Part shown: positions 57,875-64,000 of the stretch, piece by piece
How the letters are laid out: each line of letters opens with the position of its first letter
Numbering within the stretch: the stretch's first letter is position 1
DNA from: an uncultured bacterium
Lineage (GTDB): Bacteria; Hydrothermota; Tepidihabitantia; Tepidihabitantales; DTDR01
NCBI GenBank assembly: GCA_938040315.1
Contig: CALHQW010000004.1
Location: 32,700 to 96,699 of the forward strand
Direction of reading: 5' to 3'
Length of the DNA stretch: 64,000 nt
Position numbers and translations under genes: made by a program
Notes under the pieces: generated by a model
Told to the model about the DNA's origin: nothing
What the model saw: the letters and a program-made list of their open reading frames with translations, nothing else
Databases searched by the model: none

Positions 57875-60348
57875 ATTTTCTTTTAACAATCTTAATAATT
57901 TTTTATTTTGGACAAGGAATAAAAGATTCAATTATTAGAAATGATTTTTTAATTAATGACGATGATATTGGTGGTGCTATTCAAGAAATTCCTAAAGGTG
58001 CTTCTTATGGTGGGAAAATAGCAATTACTTTTGGTGATTTTCGAGATGGTAATTGTTCACCTTATTTTTTAATTCTTAACTTAAATGGTGAAAGATTAAT
58101 TGAGGAGAAAAGAATCAGCGACGATGGTGGATTAAGATGGAAAGGTGAACCTGCCGTTGCTTTTTTTAATAACCGAATTGTAATTAGTTGGGAAGATAGA
58201 AGAAATTGTAATTCTGATATTTATTATCAGGTTTATGATTCCTTGGGAAATGAAATTTCTAATAACCGAAAGGCAAACGATGATAATACTCAAAAAGACC
58301 AAAGAGGAGTATCAATAGCCTTCTTACCCGACAGAAAATTTGTAATTGTTTGGGAAGATTGGCGAAATGATTACGGTGATATTTATGCCCAAATCTTCGA
58401 TGAAAACGGCAATAAAATTGGTAATAATTTTCGAGTTAATGATGACCCTATTGGATTTGCTTGGCAATATTCGGCACATATTGGTGTAAAAACTAACGGA
58501 GAGTTTATTGTTGTTTGGGAAGATGGTAGAAACGGCAACTGGGATATTTATTGCCAAATCTTTGATTTTAATGGAAATCCTATCGGTAGTAATTTTAAGA
58601 TTAATGATGATAATACTCCTTCTTGGCAATTTTCTCCACGAATTTATGTTAATAAAAATAATTATTGGTTAGTTGTATGGGAAGATGAAAGAAACAATAA
58701 TTGGGATATTTATGGTCAAATTTTCGATTCTTTAAATAGAAGGGTAGGTAGCAATTTTATTATCAATGATGATAATACTTCGAGTAACCAAAATTTACCA
58801 AGTTGTGCAGCTGATACTTTTGGTAACTTTATTATTACCTTTGTTTGTAATCGAAGGAGCAATCCCGATATTTACAAACAAAGAATAACCCAAGAAGGAA
58901 TAAGGATTGGAAATAATGAATTAGTAAATGATGATGCTTCTAACTCTCTTCAAACTTCACCTTGGGTAGTTTATCTTTCTAATAACCATCATCTAATTGT
59001 GTGGCAAGATAAAAGAGAAGGAAATTATGATATTTTTGCCCAATTTTATGATGGAAATAATATAAAAATCGGTAACAATTTTAAAATCAATAGTGATATA
59101 TTTTCCTCTCACCAAAGGTGCCCATTTATTTCCGCAAATCAGGAATTCTTCGGAGTCTGTTGGGAAGATGAACGTGAAGAAAATTGTCATATCTATGCTA
59201 CCTTTTTTGATACATTAGGGAATTTTTTAACCACTAATAAGAAAATCAGTGAAAGTAATTATAACTTTTTTCCTTGTTTAGCAATTAATTCTTATAACAA
59301 AGCCATTATAAGTTGGGTAACTGTAAGAGGAGCAGATACTGATATCTATGGCCAAATAATAACTCCTTTCGGGAATGTAATCGGTAATAATTTTAAAATA
59401 AATGATGATACCAATAACAGTTTTCAAGATTGGCCTATTGTGGCAAGTTCTCAAGATGAAAAATTTTTAGTAATTTGGACCGATTACCGTGAAGGAAGAG
59501 GAAAAATTTATGGGCAATTTATCGATTCTCTCGGCAACAAAATTGGGAATAATTTTAAAATAAGTGACAATAATGAAGGAAATGCTTTGTATGGATTTGT
59601 AACTTTTGCTTTTACCATTCCAATATATGTTTGGATGGATAACCGATTAGGTGAGTATAATATTTATTTAAAAATTGATAATAACCCAAGTATTTTGGTA
59701 AACGAAGAAACAAATGGTTTTCAAGGTTATCCTACTTGTGCCTTTAAAGATTCAATAATTGTGGTTAGTTGGGAAGATGAAAAAAATGGAAATACTGATA
59801 TTTATTGCCAAATTTTTAAAATTAATGGTGAACGGGTCGGTAGAAATATCTTAGTAAATGACGATAATACTAACTATGATCAATACTCACCTTCCGTCAC
59901 TTTTACTAACGATGGTGAATTTATTATTACCTTTTCTGATTTTAGAAAAGGATACGGCGATGTCGACATTTATGCTCAGAGATTTGATTATTATGGCAAT
60001 AAGATTGGTAATAATCGATTAGTTCATGTACCTGATTTGTTTTTTGGGAATAACCAATGGACGTTATCCCAAAGTGTTTCAATAATAAATGATAATATTT
60101 CTTTTTGTTGGGTAGATAATAGAAGACATAAAGGTTGGGATATTTATGCAAAAATTGTAAAGAAGAATTATTTATTTTTACAAGAAAATAAGAAAACGGA
60201 AATTATTTCCCGATTAGATTTTCAAAAGAAAGAAATTTTTTCAATAATTGGAAAGGTTGATAAAAAAAATTTAAAAAGTGGTATCTATTTTATAAAAAAA
60301 GGTAAGGAGTTTAAAAAAGTTATTTATTTAAAAGGAGAAAAAAAATGA
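57871..60348 (+). CDS. secreted tandem-repeat protein (about 13 copies of a ~55-aa WEDxRNGNxDIYxQxFDxxGNxIGxNFxVNDD unit) with T9SS C-terminal domain
   Basis: Signal peptide MNFLLTILIIFYFGQG. Repeat units read directly in the translation. C-terminal …KSGIYFIKKGKEFKKVIYLKGEKK is a CTD. ATGA overlap with the upstream metalloprotease gene. Confidence 0.65.
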   Translation: MNFLLTILIIFYFGQGIKDSIIRNDFLINDDDIGGAIQEIPKGASYGGKIAITFGDFRDGNCSPYFLILNLNGERLIEEKRISDDGGLRWKGEPAVAFFNNRIVISWEDRRNCNSDIYYQVYDSLGNEISNNRKANDDNTQKDQRGVSIAFLPDRKFVIVWEDWRNDYGDIYAQIFDENGNKIGNNFRVNDDPIGFAWQYSAHIGVKTNGEFIVVWEDGRNGNWDIYCQIFDFNGNPIGSNFKINDDNTPSWQFSPRIYVNKNNYWLVVWEDERNNNWDIYGQIFDSLNRRVGSNFIINDDNTSSNQNLPSCAADTFGNFIITFVCNRRSNPDIYKQRITQEGIRIGNNELVNDDASNSLQTSPWVVYLSNNHHLIVWQDKREGNYDIFAQFYDGNNIKIGNNFKINSDIFSSHQRCPFISANQEFFGVCWEDEREENCHIYATFFDTLGNFLTTNKKISESNYNFFPCLAINSYNKAIISWVTVRGADTDIYGQIITPFGNVIGNNFKINDDTNNSFQDWPIVASSQDEKFLVIWTDYREGRGKIYGQFIDSLGNKIGNNFKISDNNEGNALYGFVTFAFTIPIYVWMDNRLGEYNIYLKIDNNPSILVNEETNGFQGYPTCAFKDSIIVVSWEDEKNGNTDIYCQIFKINGERVGRNILVNDDNTNYDQYSPSVTFTNDGEFIITFSDFRKGYGDVDIYAQRFDYYGNKIGNNRLVHVPDLFFGNNQWTLSQSVSIINDNISFCWVDNRRHKGWDIYAKIVKKNYLFLQENKKTEIISRLDFQKKEIFSIIGKVDKKNLKSGIYFIKKGKEFKKVIYLKGEKK

Positions 60349-60938
60349 TTTTTCCTTTGGTTACTTATATTTTTAGTTTAAAATTTCAATTTTTTGCCTT
60401 ATCTTCATTAATCGTTCCTGGTAGCGGTGAATTATTTTTGAAAGAAAAGAAAGGTGAATATTTTATCTATCCTGACATATTATTTCTCTCTTTTTATAGG
60501 GTCTTTAATTTCTTAGCAAAAAGAGATAATCAAAACGCCAAAATTTTTGCCTGTCAGTATGCAAAAGCAAATTTTTCCCAAGAGGAAAAATATTTTAATC
60601 TTTTAGAAATTTATTCTTCTAACGAAGAATATAACGAAGACGTTTTAAGGGATGCACGAAATCTTTTTCCTGATGATCCAGAAAAACAGAAAGAGTATTG
60701 GAGGAAAAATGGTTATTTTGGTAATAATGCTTGGCATTGGGAAAATGATTCTTTAAGACTTAATTATTTTAGAAAAAGAAGAGAGGTAAGAAATAAAAAA
60801 ATGATTTCTTCTTTTTTTCTTTCTGGTTCGATTTTATTAAGGATTAGTTCTTTTTTCAACTGTTTATTTCTTAATAAAAATAAAAATCTCTCGTTAGAAT
60901 TTCTTCCTTGGGCTTTTAAAATAAGTTATAATTTTTAA
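60345..60938 (+). CDS. hypothetical protein
   Basis: 197 aa with hydrophobic N- and C-terminal segments, no motifs. 4-bp overlap with the repeat-protein gene. Confidence 0.3.
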   Translation: MIFPLVTYIFSLKFQFFALSSLIVPGSGELFLKEKKGEYFIYPDILFLSFYRVFNFLAKRDNQNAKIFACQYAKANFSQEEKYFNLLEIYSSNEEYNEDVLRDARNLFPDDPEKQKEYWRKNGYFGNNAWHWENDSLRLNYFRKRREVRNKKMISSFFLSGSILLRISSFFNCLFLNKNKNLSLEFLPWAFKISYNF

Positions 60939-60939
60939 T

Positions 60940-62523
60940 ATGGAAACTTTAAAAACCGATATTTTAGTCATTGGTAGTGGTATTGCTGGCTTGTGGTATG
61001 CCTATAAAATTGCTGATTTTGGTAGTGTTTTATTAATTACTAAAAAAGAGAGTAGCGAAAGTAATACCAATTATGCTCAAGGTGGAATTGCGGCAGCCAT
61101 TGGGGAAGATGATTCACCAATTATCCATTATGAAGATACAATCAAAGCAGGAGAAGGTTTAGCAAAAGAGAACGTTGTTAAAATTGTGTGTGAAGAGGGG
61201 CCGAGACTTGTTTATGAATTATATAATTTAGGTGTAGAATTTCTCACTTATTATAATTCTTTCGGTAAATTAAGATTTGAATTAGGAAGAGAAGGTGGCC
61301 ATTCGCGAAAAAGAATTGTTCACGCAAGAGATTATACCGGTTATGCAATTGAAAAAGTATTAATAAATAAAGTTAAGCAAAAGAATGTTAAAATAATAGA
61401 AAATTGTTTTCTTGTTGACTTATTAGTAAAAGATAACACCTGTTTTGGTGCCTATACTATATATCAAAAAGAAAAGAAATTTATAAAAATATTATCCCAT
61501 CTCACTTTACTAGCAACTGGTGGTTTAGGACAAATTTATCTTCATACAACTAACCCACCAATTGCTACCGGTGATGGAATTGCCATTGCTTTTGAAAAAG
61601 GAGCAAAAATAGCCAATATGGAGTTCATTCAATTTCATCCTACTTCTCTCTATGGCAGAAGAATTAATGGCCGTTCTTTTTTAATTTCGGAGGCAGTAAG
61701 AGGTGAAGGTGGAATTTTAAAAACCATTGATGGCAAAACGTTTATGGAAAAATATCATCCCTTAGGTTGTCTAGCTCCCAGAGATATAGTTGCCAGAGCA
61801 ATTGATAATGAATTAAAGGAAAGAAAAGAAAGTTACGTTTTGTTAGACCTCACCCATTTAAATCCTCAAAAAATAAAATCCCGTTTTCCTAGGATATATC
61901 AAACCTGTTTAGAATTTGGAATTGATATAACGAAAGAACCAATTCCAGTTGTACCGGCTGCTCATTATATCTGTGGTGGTATTTTGATAAATGAATACGG
62001 AGAAACTAGTATTAAAAATTTATTATCCGCTGGCGAGACTTCCTGCTCAGGAATGCACGGTGCTAATCGTTTGGCATCCAATTCTTTATTAGAATCGTTG
62101 GTATTCGCCGAAAGGGCATATTTAAGATCTCAGGAATTATTAAAAGGAAAAATAGAATTTAAAAATTTTAAATGGAAGATTAAAAATCTCATTGCGGAGA
62201 ATAAAAAGACGGAAGAATTGGTAAAGGAATTAAAGAAAATAATGTGGGACAAAGTAGGAATTGTTCGCAATGATAGAGATTTAAAACAGGCAATAGAAGA
62301 GTTGTATCAATTAAAAGAGGAGATTTATAAAATTTTAGAAAAAGGGATTAACATCTCTTCTTTAGAAGCAAAAAATATGATTATCAGTGGTTTATTAATT
62401 GCTTATTCAGCAAATGTCAGAAAAGAATCCCGAGGACTTCATTATAATATCGACCATCCAGAGAAAGACGATATCAATTTTAAGAAAGATACAATTTTAA
62501 CAAAAAATGAAATCTTTAGATAA
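60940..62523 (+). CDS. nadB: L-aspartate oxidase
   Basis: FAD motif VIGSGIAGL, succinate-DH/fumarate-reductase flavoprotein-family core, C-terminal HGANRLASNSLLE. Confidence 0.85.
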   Translation: METLKTDILVIGSGIAGLWYAYKIADFGSVLLITKKESSESNTNYAQGGIAAAIGEDDSPIIHYEDTIKAGEGLAKENVVKIVCEEGPRLVYELYNLGVEFLTYYNSFGKLRFELGREGGHSRKRIVHARDYTGYAIEKVLINKVKQKNVKIIENCFLVDLLVKDNTCFGAYTIYQKEKKFIKILSHLTLLATGGLGQIYLHTTNPPIATGDGIAIAFEKGAKIANMEFIQFHPTSLYGRRINGRSFLISEAVRGEGGILKTIDGKTFMEKYHPLGCLAPRDIVARAIDNELKERKESYVLLDLTHLNPQKIKSRFPRIYQTCLEFGIDITKEPIPVVPAAHYICGGILINEYGETSIKNLLSAGETSCSGMHGANRLASNSLLESLVFAERAYLRSQELLKGKIEFKNFKWKIKNLIAENKKTEELVKELKKIMWDKVGIVRNDRDLKQAIEELYQLKEEIYKILEKGINISSLEAKNMIISGLLIAYSANVRKESRGLHYNIDHPEKDDINFKKDTILTKNEIFR

Positions 62524-63400
62524 TTTAATTAAAGATTTTTATTATTATCTTTTATTAGAAAGGAAATTAAGTAAAACTTCTTCAGAATTTTATTTAAAGG
62601 ATACTCAAGAATTTTTAGATTGGATAAAAAAAGATTTAAATGAGATTTTTGAAGAAGATATAAAAAGATTTATCTCTCATTTAAGAGCAAAAAAAAGAAA
62701 CCCCTCCACAGTTGCCCGAAAACTTTCTTCATTAAGATCTTTTTTTTACTTCTTAAATAAAGAAGAAATAGTACCACAAAATCCTTTAGAAGATATTGAA
62801 ACTCCTAAGATAAAAAGGAAACTGCCCCAGGTATTAACTATTGGAGAAGTAGAGAAATTACTTAATACTATAGAAACAAAAAAGGACAACGAAAGTATTA
62901 GAGCAAAAGCAATGTTTGAATTGCTTTATGCAACTGGTATGAGAGTTTCAGAGGTTCTAAATTTAAAAATTAATGACTTAAACTTAGAAGAAGGATTTGT
63001 TAGAGTAATTGGTAAAAGAAATAAAGAAAGGATTGTTCCGATTGGTGAACCAGCCATATTAGCAATAAAAGAATATCTAAATTTTGTACGACCTTCCTTT
63101 TTGAATAAGAAAGATATATCAAATCCTTATCTCTTTTTAAACCAAAAAGGGGGGAAACTTACCCGTATGGGTTTTTGGAAGATCTTAAAAAGATATGTAA
63201 AATTAGCCGGTATTGAGAAAAAAATCACTCCTCACACTTTTCGTCACACCTTTGCGACCCATCTATTAGAAGGCGGTGCTAATTTACGAATTGTCCAAGA
63301 ATTATTGGGTCATTCCAATATTTCAACAACCCAAATCTATACTAAACTAAATAAAGAATATTTAAAACAAATCTATAACATTTTTCACCCAAGAAGATAG
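62507..63400 (+). CDS. xerD: tyrosine site-specific recombinase XerD/XerC family
   Basis: Catalytic residues in MRVSEVLNL (R), HTFRHTFATHLL (HxxR), TQIYT (Y). Overlaps the nadB 3' end. Confidence 0.8.
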   Translation: MKSLDNLIKDFYYYLLLERKLSKTSSEFYLKDTQEFLDWIKKDLNEIFEEDIKRFISHLRAKKRNPSTVARKLSSLRSFFYFLNKEEIVPQNPLEDIETPKIKRKLPQVLTIGEVEKLLNTIETKKDNESIRAKAMFELLYATGMRVSEVLNLKINDLNLEEGFVRVIGKRNKERIVPIGEPAILAIKEYLNFVRPSFLNKKDISNPYLFLNQKGGKLTRMGFWKILKRYVKLAGIEKKITPHTFRHTFATHLLEGGANLRIVQELLGHSNISTTQIYTKLNKEYLKQIYNIFHPRR

Positions 63401-63401
63401 G

Positions 63402-64000
63402 ATGGGGAAAATCTGCCCCTATTTTAATAAATGTGGAGGTTGTGATTTACAAGATCTACCGTACGAAGAGCAGTTAAAAAGAAAAATAAATTTAGTGAAA
63501 GAATATTTAAATACTGATATTAATGAAGTATTTCCTTCTACTTATTTTCACTATCGCAACCGTATGGATTTTGCTTTTTTTAGAAATGGCATTGGTTTAA
63601 GAGAAAAAGGAAAATGGTATAAATTTGTTGATATTGAATATTGTTTAATTGCTAAAGAGAAGATAAATAATCTTTTAAAAGAAATAAGAGAATTTTTTAA
63701 AGAAGTTGATAGTTTTGATATCAAAAAACATCTCGGTACTTTTCGTTACGCAGTAATTAGAAGTTCTTTAAATTCTACTATTTCTATTGTTATTAACCAA
63801 AATAGTCCCTATAAAGAAAAAGCAATAGAACTAATTAAAAATTTTGCTTTTATAACTTCCGCTGATAATCTTTTAGTTTGTGAAGTACCTCCCAACACTG
63901 ATGTTAGTATAAGCGAAAATTATCATGTTATTAAAGGAATCGATTTACTATATACGAAAATAAAAGAAAAGGAGTTTTATTTTCATTCTCAGACATTTTT
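63402..64000 (+). CDS. 23S rRNA/tRNA (uracil-5)-methyltransferase RumA/RlmD/TrmA family, 3'-truncated by window edge
   Basis: N-terminal CPYFNKCGGCDLQDL Fe-S Cys cluster typical of RumA-type enzymes. The ORF continues past position 64000. Confidence 0.6.
   Translation, partial: MGKICPYFNKCGGCDLQDLPYEEQLKRKINLVKEYLNTDINEVFPSTYFHYRNRMDFAFFRNGIGLREKGKWYKFVDIEYCLIAKEKINNLLKEIREFFKEVDSFDIKKHLGTFRYAVIRSSLNSTISIVINQNSPYKEKAIELIKNFAFITSADNLLVCEVPPNTDVSISENYHVIKGIDLLYTKIKEKEFYFHSQTF

Overview
This is a 64 kb, very AT-rich (about 30% GC by eye) bacterial chromosomal segment with dense, mostly overlapping or translationally coupled genes. The tRNA genes are GC-rich, which suggests a thermophile or moderate thermophile, an inference that only a genome-wide comparison could confirm. 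Many predicted secreted proteins carry T9SS (Por) C-terminal sorting domains, which points to an uncultivated lineage of the FCB superphylum or a neighbour. Most of the window is housekeeping: kbl (5'-truncated); the elongasome operon mreB-mreC-mreD-mrdA-rodA followed by rlmN; a four-subunit 2-oxoacid:ferredoxin oxidoreductase operon (porGDAB); queH; a UDG-family protein; inositol-3-phosphate synthase; tmk; ctpA (S41); CCA/poly(A) polymerase; thymidine phosphorylase; ispF; lpd; two Xer-type recombinases; yggS; phoH-ybeY-corC; tryptophanase; lnt; purN; tadA; nadB; and a 3'-truncated rumA/rlmD-like methyltransferase. There are nine tRNA genes, and five of them form a cluster. There are also six T9SS cargo genes (S8, M14 and M6-like proteases among them). 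The accessory or unusual content is: (1) a nine-gene, tightly coupled minus-strand operon (7507 to 1141) combining an Rrf2 regulator, a PurM-like and a ThiN-like enzyme, a putative outer-membrane barrel, a possibly FMN-binding periplasmic protein, a lipoprotein, a LolCDE/MacB-type ABC transporter and a Cys/His-motif DUF318 permease, which is the best candidate for an undescribed envelope-spanning system; (2) a T9SS-exported protein built from roughly 13 copies of an unrecognised ~55-aa repeat; (3) an S8 protease with a BNR-like insertion, bracketed by tRNA genes; (4) tadA placed immediately next to its tRNA-Arg(ACG) substrate. No CRISPR array, phage genes or IS elements were seen.
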